Shown here in pieces: positions 36,124 through 49,614 of a stretch of DNA of 64,000 bases (the first letter of the stretch is position 1; each line of letters starts with the position of its first letter). The position numbers and the translations under genes are program-made. The stretch spans positions 310,001 through 374,000 of the forward strand of contig NIVC01001024.1 in the NCBI GenBank assembly GCA_002269645.1, read 5' to 3'. The stretch comes from Macrostomum lignano (taxonomy: Eukaryota). Under the pieces are notes generated by a model. That model was given only the letters and a program-made list of their open reading frames with translations, did no database searches and had not been told where the DNA came from.

Positions 36124-37644
36124 ATGGCCTTTGAGCCGACTATGGATAACCAAGCTAACTCTAGGGACGGGGACCCTTCTAAACCCCAACCTCAGTCCGA
36201 AGGACCGGCCGGCCCTGCTGGCAGATCCCAACCGACTGATTCAACTGTGGCAAAGGAAGGACCGGCTGGCTCTGCTGGCAGATCCGACCAGAGCTACCAA
36301 ACTCAAAATACCCAAGGACCTGCCAGCTCCGCTGGTGGATCTAAGGGAACCGCGAGCTCTGAGCCTAAAGGACCGGCCAAATCTGGCAGATCCGATGAAG
36401 CTCAGCGGGCTCGGCTTGAGCGCAAACGCGCTAAACAACGCGCCAAAAGGCAGGCCAAGAAGGGAGCTGCGGGGGCCAAAGCGGCGGCGTCCACCATGGA
36501 TGCTGAAGCGACTGGAGTCCCAAGGCAACCAGGCGGGCCGGCCGGTGGAAGCTCCAGTAGTTCAGCGGCGGCGCTCCCTGGAGCTGCTGCCGCGGCTGCT
36601 GAGGCCGAAACCACGGCGCAACAAATGGCCACTGCCAACAAGGAGGTTCCTTCGGGAGCTACCTTTGCGGCGAAGGCCAATGCCAAAATCCAGGGAGTGA
36701 TCATCCAAGGTCGCGACCAGGACTGGACCACTGATCAGCTTCAAAAAGTGTGGAGTGCTGTTGACTCCTATCTGATTGAGCTGACTGTCGAGGAGGGAAT
36801 CTCCATCGGCATTGAGCGGATGGTGCTGCGAAGCACATTCGTTCTTATTGCTCCTAGCAGCGAGGAGGACGCTCGGCAGCTGCTCCAGCGGCTACCGACG
36901 GTCTCCTTGGATGCTGACCTTGGCAGAGCTCTTTTTCTTCGCGAGGGCCAGCGTCCAAAGACGATACCCTATGTGGTTTTCGTCCCTGCTAAGAGCACCG
37001 CAGCTGGACCAGACGTTATTCGCCGGGTCCTACTGCGTCTGAACCCCGACCTCCCTGCTAGTGGACTGGTGTATCACCGTAAAGTCCGCAGGGGGGAGAC
37101 GGGCAACTCAATTGTCCTCGGCCTTTCCAGCACTTGGGCGAGTCGGTACCCTAATGGATCCTCTTTCCAGCTGGGTGCCCTCAAGCTCAAGATGCGCCGA
37201 GGAAAGTCTGCCAAAGGGAAGGCTACTGCCAACCCCGGCATCTCCAGCAAGAGCGGGGCGCAGTCTAAGGCCCAAGGAAAGGCGCAAGCCGATCCCAAAG
37301 CCAAAGCTGCATCTCGCCCCTCTGCTAGCAGCAGTTCGGCGACCGCGGTAACGGCTCCGGCCAAGCCCCGGGAACCAAACCTGCCAGTCGGAGAAGGAGT
37401 TGAGGACGAGGCCGGGTCTTCGGAATCCGAGCTCTCCTCGGCCACCCTGGTGGGGTCTGAAGGTAAAGATGCAGGTGAGGAAGCTTCCTCCATCCTGTCA
37501 TCGGAGCCTGAGGACTCTGCTGGGGGGCCGGTGGGGGTGAGGAGGCCATGGACGTCGACCAACTCCCATCTCCCAGTCAAGCCCCAGCGGCCTGGGACGA
37601 GGACGATCTGTTGTCCAAGTCTCCTTGATGGCCCTGGGCTCTAG
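36124..37644 (+). CDS. LINE ORF1 (gag-like; central region DUF4780-like)
   Basis: 506-aa ORF directly upstream of ORF2, with a low-complexity basic N-terminus and VFVP...RVLLRLNPDLP. Confidence 0.75.
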   Translation: MAFEPTMDNQANSRDGDPSKPQPQSEGPAGPAGRSQPTDSTVAKEGPAGSAGRSDQSYQTQNTQGPASSAGGSKGTASSEPKGPAKSGRSDEAQRARLERKRAKQRAKRQAKKGAAGAKAAASTMDAEATGVPRQPGGPAGGSSSSSAAALPGAAAAAAEAETTAQQMATANKEVPSGATFAAKANAKIQGVIIQGRDQDWTTDQLQKVWSAVDSYLIELTVEEGISIGIERMVLRSTFVLIAPSSEEDARQLLQRLPTVSLDADLGRALFLREGQRPKTIPYVVFVPAKSTAAGPDVIRRVLLRLNPDLPASGLVYHRKVRRGETGNSIVLGLSSTWASRYPNGSSFQLGALKLKMRRGKSAKGKATANPGISSKSGAQSKAQGKAQADPKAKAASRPSASSSSATAVTAPAKPREPNLPVGEGVEDEAGSSESELSSATLVGSEGKDAGEEASSILSSEPEDSAGGPVGVRRPWTSTNSHLPVKPQRPGTRTICCPSLLDGPGL

Positions 37645-37667
37645 CCAGAAATTGCATTTAATACAGT

Positions 37668-40600
37668 ATGACTAAGCTCCACGCTGCCAAAGGAGCGACA
37701 TTCTGTCTGCAAATTAATTTACAGCATTGCGTATCTGCGTCAGTAAATCTGATGAAGATTGCTGAGCTGTACAGGCCAGGCCTCATCCTGATCCAGGAAC
37801 CCTGGATGCGCAACGGTAAGTTGCCCAACATTCCCTCTGGCTACTCTGATTTTTATGTGTGTGGCCCGGGGAACAGCCGCCCTAGAGCGGCTATCCTCGC
37901 TGCTAGCCATCTCCAGGCTTGGCTGAGGACTGATCTCTCTGATGGAGACCTTTGTGTCATTCAATCTAATCATTTCTCTCCGCGTACGTGTCTTGTTGCC
38001 TCGGTTTATATCCCAGGCGACAGAGACCCTGCTCCTGAGAGTTTACTGCGCCTCGCGCAGTAAGTACTGCGAGTCCCAGAACGCTGAGCTGTGCTTAGGG
38101 GGCGACCTCAACGCGCACCACAAGCACTGGGGCAGCAAAGATACCAACACTAGAGGAGAGGAGCTTCTGGCCCTCATCTCTAACACAAACCTCATGCTCT
38201 GCAACCGCGGCAGCACTCCTACCTTTAATAATGGCAGATGGACCGAGGTCCTCGACGCCACACTCGTTACCCCAAGACTCTTTGACAGAGTTGAGGAGTG
38301 GAGAGTCTGGTCTGAGGAGCCCTCCCTGTCTGACCACTGCTTTATCGCCTTTAACATCGCGGACACTAAAACCCAGTCTCCGATCACTTGGAGACGCAAT
38401 ATCCGCAACACTGATTGGGCGGCCTACAAGGCTGCCCTTGATCTGCACCTGCAGGAACTCACGGACTTACGTCCGATTGAGACCTGCGAGGATGTGGATC
38501 ATATGGCTGAGACGCTGACAGGTTGCATTATTGAAGCCTACGAAGCGGCTTGTCCTGCTCGCGCCTACAAAGGCAAGACCTCGGCGCCGTGGTGGAACCC
38601 GGAGCTGGGGAAACTCAGGCGGAAGGCCAAAAGCCTTCATCGCCGTGCCATGAAGACCGGAAACCCGGAGGACATGGAGCTTTTCCGGCAAGCCTCCCGC
38701 AATTTCAAATCTGAAGTGCGCAAGGCCAAGGAATGTAAGTGGCGCCAATTCTGCAATGAATTGGATCAAGACAGACCTACTTCTAGGCTTGTCAAGGCCC
38801 TTACAATGGACAAAATGTCCAAATTAGCCATGATCAAAAAAGATGATGGCTCTCTTACTAAAGACCCTGAAGAAGTGCTTCAGCATATGCTTAGCACATT
38901 CTTCCCGAGGGTACCTACTGCTAGACCGGAGCCCAACCATTCGATGGATGGAGCCACCCTAGCGGCGGGCATTGTCACTGAAGACCTAATCGCTCGTGCG
39001 GTCAGAACCTTCAAACCTTCAAATCTCCTGGACCTGATGGTATCTACCCTGTTCTCCTTCGTGAAGCAGCCAAGATACCCTCGTTCCTGAGACTCACCCG
39101 CAATCTTATGCGGGCCTCTATCCAGCTGGGATACGTTCCCAAATGCTGGACTGAAGCTCGGGTAGTCTTTATTCCCAAACCTGGGAAGGGTGACTACCAA
39201 AGCGTCAAGGCCTTCCGGCCTATTAGCTTAACGTCAGCAATGCTTAAGCTCACTGAGAGGCTTATTCTCTGGCGGCTGCTGTCCTGCGAGCTGACAGCGA
39301 TGCCCCTCAGCAATAATCAGCACGCCTTCCGTACCGGGAGGTCGACTGACAGCGCCCTGCATGCGATTGTCGAGAAGATTGAAAGGGCGGTACTGGGTGA
39401 CGGTTACGCTCTGGCTCTCTTTCTTGACATTGTTGGCGCCTTCGACAACGTTATCTTTGAAGCGTTTCAGAGGGCCCTTCAAAATCGCAAAGCTCATGCT
39501 ACCCTCATACGGTGGATCATGTACATGATCTCCAACCGTACGGTCACTGCCCAACTTCTTGGGCAAACTGCCTCCACCAGAGTCTGTAAGGGTGGACCCC
39601 AAGGCGGAGTCCTCACCCCGACGCTCTGGAACCTGGTCATGGACGCTCTTTTGAGTGACTCCCGACCCGACCCCGTCTTCAAAGTCGGGTATGCTGATGA
39701 CGTCACGGCCATTGTGGCAGGACCGTCTCCCAGCACGCTCAGGGATCTGATGCAGAGCTTTATCCGCAAAGCAGAATCCTGGGCCAATGACAATGGTCTG
39801 GAACTCTCTGAGCCCAAAACCGTTGCCATTATGTTTACCAGCAGACTACGCTGGAACATACGTCCTCTGCAGCTCTACGGCAGAGATATTGCCTTCGCGC
39901 ACCAGACCAGATGTCTCGGGGTCACACTTGACCACCGGCTCAACTGGTCCTTCCACGTGAAAGCAAAAGCTAAGCGTGCCTCAGCCATCCTGGCCCAGCT
40001 CCGACGAGCACTTGGCACTTCTTGGGGTCTATCCCCAAAGCGGCTTTGGTGGATCTATACTTCCGTAGTTAGACCTGCCATTACGTACGCCTCTGTTGTC
40101 TGGGTTAGCGCTACCCAGGTCAAAAGCCATGCAGACCTGCTCAACACGATCCAAGGCAGAGCGTGTAGGCTCATCTGCAACGCCACCAGGTCCACGCCCT
40201 TTGCTGGCATGGGGGCCTTCCTTAATCTTCCGCCTCTTGACCTCTTCGTCAGGGGTGAGGCGGCTAGAACGACGCGGCGTCTAATTGATGCCGGCGTCAA
40301 ATTCATTTACATGAGAGCACCTGCTAAGCGGAACCTTGTCCCGCATAGCGATCTGTGCCTCAACTTTCTCAACGAGTGTCAGGCCAATCGCGTCTTCACC
40401 GATGGCATTGCCTCAACGCTCAACCTGAGACAGCGCTACTCCGTAGCTATCGACTCGCGCGATAACATCAATGACCAATGGAACCCTGGTGAGCTTCATT
40501 GCTACACCGACGGTTCTAAGCAGTCAGCCAACACCGGCTTTGGTGTTGGAATCTTTCTGAACGGGAGGGTCATCGCTACCCACGCTCAATACACTGGGGT

Positions 40601-41411
40601 CAACTCCAGTGTTTTCCAAAATGAAGTTCTGGCCATCAGCTCCTGCACTGCAGAGCTTCTCGCCACTGGCGTTACTGGTAAGAACATCATTTTCCATTCG
40701 GACAGCCAAGCTGCCTTGCACGCCATCAGTGGCTGCAGCACCAACTCTGCTACAGTCCTCGACTGTATCAAACTCCTCAACGTGTTGGGTTCCGCCAACA
40801 AAATTACCCTTAAGTGGGTTCCGGGGCATGTGGGGATCCGAGGAAATGAGTTGGCTGACACCCTTGCAAAAGTTGGTGCCTCCGGCTCCTCTCTCGGCCC
40901 CGAACCTCTTGTCCCGATTCCTGGCTGTGTCATCGACTCGCGCATCAAAGCGTGGATCAGGACTCAGCACCGCTCGACTTGGGCGAACCGCACGAACTGC
41001 AGGCAATCCAGAGGCGCTGTCCCTCAGCCCTCTCACCAGCTCCGGAAGCTCCTCTTGCGCCTCTCGCGCAGAGACATCCGGGCTGCCACCATGACCCTCT
41101 CTGGTCACGGCTGCTTCTCCAGGCACCAGTACCTGCAGGGCAACGCCACCAATGCCACCTGCAGTTTCTGCAATTCAGGTGACGAAACCGCTGAGCATTT
41201 CGTCAGCATCTGTCCCGCCTTCACGCGGGCCAGACTCACTTACCTCGGGCCACACACATCTATTACTGAAGCGTGCAAACCCTAAAACTTTAATCAGCTC
41301 ATGCGCTACCTTCGGGCCACCCGCAGGGCTGAACTCTCCTTTCCAGAGAGCACCATAGCTGCTGGCGACACTGGGGGACCTCCCTGGGCGGCGCCAACCC
41401 TCCGTCCATAG
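37668..41411 (+). pseudogene. LINE ORF2 (endonuclease, reverse transcriptase, RNase H, zinc finger), disabled
   Basis: LQINLQH, LIQEPW, GGDLNAH, SDH, KSPGPDG, FRPISL, PQGGVL, YADD, YTDGSK, WVPGH and CSFC...H...C are all present. Lesions: 4-bp insertion at ~38061, 1-bp deletion at ~39019, and GAA>TAA at 41283 relative to the 14.9-kb copy. Confidence 0.95.
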
Positions 41412-41505
41412 CGACGCGTCGGCCCTTCAGGGACTAGCGGAATGGGCGCTCACGCCTTCCCGCTGTCCCCTCCGGGACAGCCCTGCAGCTAAGTCAAGTA
41501 AGTCA

Positions 41506-44500
41506 ATGTTTTGGTTTCACCAATGTTTGGGTTCCACCAATGTTTGGGATTCACCAATGTTTGGGATTCACCAATGTTTAGAATCCACCAATGTTTAGGA
41601 TCCCCCAATGTTTGGGATCCACCAATGTTTGGGATTCACCAATGTTTGGGATCCAGTAATGTTTGGGTTGCACCAATGTTTAGGATTAACCAATGTTTGG
41701 GATCCACGGATGTTTGGGTTCCACCAATGTTTAGGATCCACCAATGTTTGAGATTCACCAATGTTTGGGATCCACCAATGTTTGGGTTCCACCAATGTTG
41801 GAGATTAACCAATGTTTGGGATTCACCAATTTTTTGGATCCACCAATGTTTGGGATTTTCCAATGTTTGGGTTCCACCAATGTTTAGGATCCACCAATGT
41901 TTGGGATTCACCAATGTTTGGGATCCACCAATGTTTGTTATTCACCAATGTTCGGGATCTACCAATGTTTTGGAAATACCGATCTTGGGGACTTCCCTAC
42001 GTTTAGGATCTAATAATGTTTGGGTTGCACCAATGTTTGGGATTCACCAATGTTTGGGATTCACCAATGTTTGGGATTCACCAATGTTTGGGATTCACCA
42101 ATGTTTGGGATTTACCAATCTTTGGGTTCAACCAATGTTTAATATTCAGCAATGTTTGGGTTCCACCAATGTTTAGGATTCACCAATGTTTGGGATCCAC
42201 CAATGTTTGGGATTCAACAATGTTAGGGATCAATCAATGTTTTGGATATACCGATGTTTGGGATTTTCCAATGTTTGGGGTCAACCAATGTTTAGGATCC
42301 ACCAATGTTTGGGATTCACCAATGTTTTGGATCCACCAATGTTTGGGATTTTCCAATGTTTGGGTTCCACCAATGTTTAGGATCCACCAATGTTTGGGAT
42401 TCACCAATGTTTGGGATCCACCAATGTTTGTTATTCACCAATGTTCGGGATCTACCAATGTTTTGGAAATACCGATGTTAGGGACTTTCCTACGTTTAGG
42501 ATCTAATAATGTTTCGGTTGCACCAATGTTTGGGATTCACCAATGTTTGGGATTCAACAATGTTGGGTATCAACCAATGTTTGGGATTTACCAATGTTTG
42601 GGATTCAACAATGTTGGGGATCAACCGATGTTTGGGATTTACCAATGTTTGGGATACACCAATGTTTGGGATTCACCAATGTTTGGGATCCACCAATGTT
42701 TGGGATTCAACAATGTTAGGGATCAATCAATGTTTTGGATATACCGATGTTTGGGATTTTCCAATGTTTGGGGTCAACCAATGTTTAGGATCCACCAATG
42801 TTTGGGATTCACCAATAATTGGGATCCACTAATGTTTTGGATAACCTAATGTTGGCAAAACCAATGTTTTATGATCCACGAGTATAAAGGATCAACCAGT
42901 GTTTAGCATCCAATAATGTTTTGGTTTCACCAATGTTTAGATTCCACCAATGTTTGAGATTTACCAATGTTTGGTTTACCAATAATTAAAATCCACCGAT
43001 GTTTGGGATCCACCAATGTTTAGGATCCACCAATGTTTGGGATACGCCAATGTTTGGGATCCACCAATGTTTAGGATCCACCAATGTTTAGGATCCACCA
43101 ATGTTAAGGATCCACCAATGTTTAGGATCCACCAATGTTTAGGATCCACCAATGTTTAGGATCCACCAATGTTTAGGATCCACCAATGTTTAGGATCCAC
43201 CAATGTTTAGGATACGCCAATGTTTGGGATCCACCAATGTTTAGGATCCACCAATGTTTGGGATACGCCAATGTTTGGGTTCCACCAATGTTTAGGATTC
43301 ACCAATGTTTGGGATCCACCAATTTTTGGGTTCCAGCAATGTTGGAGATTAACCAATGTTTAGGATTAACCAATGTTTGGGATCCACGGATGTTTGGGTT
43401 CCACCAATGTTTAGGATCCACCAATGTTTGGGATTCACCAATGTTTGGGATCCACCAATGTTTGGCTTCCACCAATGTTAGAGATTAACCAATGTTTGGG
43501 ATCCACCAATGTTTGGGATTTCCAATGTTTGGGTTCCACCAATGTTTAGGATCCACCAATGTTTGGGATACGCCAATGTTTGGGTTCCACCAATGTTTAG
43601 GATCCAGCAACGTTTGGGATTCACCAATGTTTTGGATCTACCAATGTTTGGGATTTTCCAATGTTTGGGTTCCACCAATGTTGGATATTAACCAATGTTT
43701 AGGATTTACCAATGTTTGGGATCCACGGATGTTTGGGTTTCACCAATGTTTAGGATCCACCAATGTTTGGGATTCACCAATGTTTGGGATCCACCAATGT
43801 TTGGGTTCCACCAATGTTGGAGATTAACCAATGTTTGGGATTCACCAATGTTTTGGATCCACCAATGTTTGGGATTTTCCAATGTTTGGGTTCCACCAAT
43901 GTTTAGGATCCACCAATGTTTGGGATTCACCAATGTTTGGGATCCACCAATGTTTGTTATTCACCAATGTTCGGGATCTACCAATGTTTTGGAAATACCG
44001 ATGTTAGGGACTTCCCTACGTTTAGGATCTAATAATGTTTGGGTTGCACCAATGTTTGGGATTCACCAATGTTTGGGATTCACCAATGTTTGGGATTTAC
44101 CAATCTTTGGGTTCAACCAATGTTTAATATTCAGCAATGTTTGGGTTCCACCAATGTTTAGGATCCACCAATGTTTTGGTTCAACCAACGTTTAAAATCA
44201 ACCAATGTTTTGGATCCACCAATGTTTGGGATTCAACAATGTTGGGGATCAACCAATGTTTGGGATTCACCAATGTTTGGGATTTACCAATCTTTGGGTT
44301 CAACCAATGTTTAATATTCAGCAATGTTTGGGTTCCACCAATGTTTGGGATTCACCAATGTTTGGGATCCACCAATGTTTGGGATTCAACAATGTTAGGG
44401 ATCAATCAATGTTTTGGATATACCGATTTTTGGGATTTTCCAATGTTTGGGGACAACCAATGTTTAGGTTCCACCAATGTTTGGGATTCACCAATAATTG

Positions 44501-47500
44501 GGATCCACTAATGTTTTGGATAACCTAATGTTGGCAAAACCAATGTTTTATGATCCACAAGTATAAAGGATCAACCAGTGTTTAGCATCCAATAATGTTT
44601 TGGTTTCACCAATGTTTGGGATTTACCAATGTTTGGTTTACCAATAATTAAAATCCACCGATGTTTGGGATCCACCAATGTTTAGGATCCACCAATGTTT
44701 GGGATACGCCAATGTTTGGGATCCACCAATGTTTAGGATCCACCAATGTTTGGGATTTTCCAATGTTTGGGTTCCACCAATGTTTAGGATCCACCAATGT
44801 TTGGGATTCACCAATGTTTGGGATCCACCAATGTTTGTAATTCACCAATGTTCGGGATCTACCAATGTTTTGGAAATACCGATGTTGGGGACTTTCCTAC
44901 GTTTAGGATCTAATAATGTTTGGGTTCCACCAATGTTGGAGATTAACCAATGTTTTGGATCCACCAATGTTTGGGATTTTCCAATGTTTGGGATCCACCA
45001 ATGTTTGTTATTCACCAATGTTCGGGATCTACCAATGTTTTGGAAATACCGATGTTAGTGACTTTCCTACGTTTAGGATCTAATAATGTTTGGGTTGCAC
45101 CAATGTTTGGGATTCACCAATGTTTGGGATTTACCAATCTTTGGGTTCAACCAATGTTTAATATTCAGCAATGTTTGGGTTCCACCAATGTTTAGGATCC
45201 ACCAATGTTTTGGTTCAACCAACGTTTAAGATCAACCAATGTTTTTGATCCACCAATGTTTGGGATTCACCAATGTTTGGGATTCACCAATGTTTGGGAT
45301 TTACCAATCTTTGGGTTCAACCAATTTTTAATATTCAGCAATGTTTGGGTTCCACCAATGTTTGGGATTCACCAATGTTTGGGATCCACCAATGTTTGGG
45401 ATTCAACAATGTTAGGGATCAATCAATGTTTTGGATATACCGATGTTTGGGATTTTCCAATGTTTGGGGTCAACCAATGCTTAGGATCCACCAATGTTTG
45501 GGATTCACCAATAATTGGGATTCACCAATGTTTTGGATAACCTAATGTTGGGAAAACCAATGTTTTATGATCCACAAGTATAAAGGATCAACCAGTGTTT
45601 AGCATCCAATAATGTTTTGGTTTCACCAATGTTTAGGTTCCACTAATGTTTGAGATTTACCAATGTTTTGTTTACCAATAATTAAAATCCACCGATGTTT
45701 GGGATCCACCAATGTTTAGGATCCACCAATGTTTGGGATACGCCAATGTTTGGGATCCACCAATGTTTAGGATCCACCAATGTTTGGGATACGCCAATGT
45801 TTGGGATCCACCAATGTTTAGGATCCACCAATGTTTGGGATACGCCAATGTTTGGGATCCACCAATGTTTAGGATCCACCAATGTTTGGGATACGCCAAT
45901 GTTTGGGATCCACCAATGTTTAGGATCCACCAATGTTTGGGATACGCCAATGTTTGGGATCCATCAATGTTTAGGATCCACCAATGTTTAGGATCCACCA
46001 ATGTTTGGGAGCCACAAATGTTTGGGTTGCACCAATGTTTGAGATTTACTAATGTTTGGTTACCAATAATTAAAATCCACCGATGTTTTGGATCCACAAA
46101 TAATCGGATTCACCAATGTTTGAGATCCACGAATGTTTGGGTTCCATCAATGTTTAAGATTTACTAATGTTAGGGTTACCAATACTTAAAATCCACCGTT
46201 GTTTGGGATCCACCAATGTTTAGGATCCACCAACGTCTTTGATCAACCAATTTTTGGGATCTAGGATATTTTCGATTCAAGAATTCTCGGGATCCACCGA
46301 TGTTTGTGATTCAACAATGTTAGGGATCAACCAATGTTTGGGAGAAACCAATGTTTGGGAGCAACCAATGTTTGGGATTTACCAATATTTAGGATCAACC
46401 AATGTTTGGAATTTACCAATGTTTAGAAGTGAGGAGCTGATTCGGGAGGTGATCAGTCACCCGAAAACTCCCACTTCCAGACACTTAAGCCTGGGAACAA
46501 AATCAAGTGATCACTTACTGTGGCGGGCTCCTCTTCTTTGTCGGGCAGGTTCTCCGATCTTGTTCCTTGTATCTTCTTTGTTGTGCACGTTTGTTGATTT
46601 GCTTCTTCAAATCTTCTTCTTCTCCGGAGGAATCTTCTTGAAGTCTAGAATCGGCCGAATGAGAGCGTGACAATCAGATCAGGCGACGTCGCAGTATTTC
46701 TCGAATGCAAAATCAATTTAGGCCTTAAGCTCAGTAATCAATATCAACGATGCGCCCTTATAACAAATCAACTTTCTGTAATAATCACGAGGTCCTCCAA
46801 GAAGGGCGTCTTCTTCTAGCAATAACGGAATCCGATTCGTGTGCTCCTATCGGTTAATCTAGGATAACCAAAATTAATCAACTCGATAATCCTCTAAGGG
46901 TATCGGAATCGGTCCGCAGATCCTATCCAATCCCTTAGGAAAATGGGAGGCCTCAAATTCAATGAACTCAGTTAAATCAACTGATAAATAACGGCCGGCA
47001 ATAAAATCGCTCTCAAATCAATTCAATAACAAAGCCTCGAACAAGAGCTCACCAACTGGTTTACTTCTTACTCAGAGACGTAGCCTCGAGTAGCTTCTGC
47101 AGTAAGCCCAAGATGTTTTGAGGCTGCTCCGAGTCTGAGATTTTTAGCTCGGATTTTGGCTTGAATTTATAGGGAAACTTGTTACCCTTGCCACTGTGTT
47201 GGTGGTAAGGGCGTTTAAACTGCGGGGGGGGGCTCGCTTGGCTGGGGCGGGTGCGTGCGGGGTGGCGTGTGCTGCGGGGGGCGGGGGGTCGCGGGGTTGC
47301 TAGCTTGATTTCATATTTAGTCCGGTCCTCCGCTTGTTCGCCGTGCGTTCGTGTTTGCTCAGAACAGCGGAGGTTCCGTTTCGCGCCATCCCTTGTCTTG
47401 CCTCGAACGTTCCTTTCCCCGCGGTTTAATCTTGAAAACAGATTATTTTTGGTAGGTGACAGTTTAGCGTTTTGGAAATTTGACCCCTATAGAATACATT

Positions 47501-48575
47501 AGGTTTGAACCTCATTACCATATTCAGTGTTCTAAATTTAAATGTTGCAAAAGATGGTCATTTGTTGCTTTCGTGGTCTTAAAAATAAAGTGTGACAATT
47601 TGCAGTTTTTAGCTTTTGAGTTTTCACGTTTTTACGTTACTACTTATAGTAGTTTACTTTGTACCGTATTTGGAGATCTCTACAGAAGCAACTAATGTTT
47701 GGAATTTATCAATGTTTCGGATTCACCAAAGTAAAGGATTCACCAATGTTTGGGATCCACCGATGTTGGGAATCCAGCGATGTTGAAATTCCTACAATTT
47801 TGAGGATCTAACAAGGTTTGAGATCCTACAATGTTTGTGATCCTACGATGTTTGGAATCCACCAATGTTTCGGATCCACCAATGTTTAGGATACACCAAT
47901 GTTGGGGATTAACCAATGTTTGGGATTTACCAATGTTTTCGGTCAACCAGTGTTTAGAATCATCCAATGTTTGGGATCCACCAATTTTTGGGATCCACCG
48001 ATGTTTGGGTTCCACCAATGTTACGGATCAACCAATGTTTGAGATCTAGGATATTTTCAATCCAAGAATTCTCGGGATTCACCAATGTTTGGGATCCACC
48101 AAAGTCTTTGATCAACCAATGTTTGAGATCTAGGATATTTTCAATCCAAGAATTCTCGGGATCAACCAATGTTTGGGATTCAACAATGTTTAGGATCCAC
48201 CAATGTTGGGGATTTACCAATGTTTGGGATCAACCAATGTTTGCGATTTACCAATGTTTTCGGTCAACCAGTGTTTACAATCCACCAATGTTTGGGATCC
48301 ACCAATTTTTGGGATCCACCATATTTTTTAATTACCTAATTTTGGGGAAACCAATGTTTATGATCCACGAATATTTAGGATCCACCAGTGTTTGGGATCC
48401 ACCAATGTTTTGGTTCAACCAATGTTTGGGTTCAACCAATGTTTGGGTTCAACCAATGTTTGGGATTCACTAATGTTTAGGAGCAACCAATGTTTGGGAT
48501 TTACTAATGATTGGAAGCAACTAATGTTTGGGATTTACCAATGTTTGGGATCCACTGATGTTGGGGATCCAGCGA
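41506..48575 (+). repeat. 17-bp satellite (CCAATGTTTGGGATCCA)n with higher-order structure, interrupted by a solo LTR
   Basis: The 17-bp period is direct. Variant blocks recur, and a 51-bp trimer runs at ~45690-45960. Confidence 0.97.
46430..47684 (-). mobile_element. Solo LTR (1255 bp) with 4-bp TSD GAAG
   Basis: TG...CA termini with GAAG at 46426-46429 and 47685-47688. Removing it restores GAAGCAACTAATGTTTGG, which is seen intact at ~48515. A TATAAA on the minus strand at ~47165 suggests orientation. Confidence 0.85.
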
Positions 48576-48592
48576 TGTTAAAATTCCTAAGT

Positions 48593-49220
48593 AGAATGCA
48601 TGAGGGGGCTTTTGGGACAAATTTTTTAACGTCCTGCATAATCATATTAAATCTATTCATATTATCCCCGACAGAATCAGAGCATAACAGGTGTCCTACT
48701 TGCTCCGAAAACTTCGAACATAATCCTATTAAATCCATCTATATTATCCCTGAATCAGAAAAAAGGGGTCACACTTGCTCCGAAAACATCGAACATAATC
48801 CTCCTAAATCCATCCATATTATCCCAGAATCAGAGCATAACAGATGTCCTAAATAATCCACTGACATCCACCCATGGCATCTTCGAAACAATCAGAAAAT
48901 AATTTGCGAAACCAGATCCCTAAGACTTTAAATTATCAGCGCAGGGTCCTTACGCTTTGAAAAAAAATTAAATTTTCTCTAAAAATGTTTCCAGTTTTCT
49001 CTCCAGGTTCTTATAAATTGAGCCTAATTATAAGAGCAAGTACCAGTGCAAGAAGGAATGCAGCGAGTACATGAGAAAATATTGGCCCAGCGTTGATATC
49101 AATGTCCCTAAAGTTAATCTAGCTCTCCAAAGACACTGGTTTCATAAGTATGGAGTAACCTTCGTAAAAGTCTACGACAGCTACTACAGCTTCGCAGAAA
49201 TCATTAAGCATTTGTAGAAT
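48593..49220 (+). repeat. Left arm of a ~630-bp inverted duplication, containing a frameshifted copy of an orphan exon (49007-49217)
   Basis: Reverse-complement similarity to 52705-53331. Encodes ...YKSKYQCKKECSEYMRKYWPSVDINVPKVNLALQRHWFHKYG... Confidence 0.85.
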
Positions 49221-49614
49221 TTCGTTACAATACGCTTTAAAACTTTTAGACTGCAATAAAATCGATATTTTTACGCATGGTATTTTGCTGTGTGGCGGGT
49301 GGGTGTTGAGCGGAATGGGAGCTGTTTCTTGTCATAGCGCGAGCGGCGTTGGTAGCCACTCCCAGTTGGCTCTACCCCCCCCCCCCAAAACGCTATTAAA
49401 ACGAACATGTTGAATAGCTGCATGAGAACTCCACCATAAGTCAAACCGGAACTTTCTTCAATGAACGGAATACGGTTTATCATGGCCTTGTCAAAGGAGA
49501 CAAGAATTGCAACGATTGCCGAACTGGCGCTCTCGCTGTCATCTTAAATTTCTCGCTGTGTTTTATTAAAACACCTTGAAAACACAAAACTGCTAAACAT
49601 AAAAGTAGCGCAAT

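Larger units (their letters stand above)
35640..41505 (+). mobile_element. Near full-length non-LTR retrotransposon, LOA/R1 group with RNase H; 5' boundary approximate
   Basis: GC-rich 5' UTR, ORF1, ORF2 (APE-RT-RNase H-CCHC), 3' hairpin and AAGTC tail. Confidence 0.93.

Noticed and set aside
41511-48856. Many ORFs such as MFGIHQCLGSTNVWD repeats
   Set aside because: They are translations of the 17-bp satellite in all frames.
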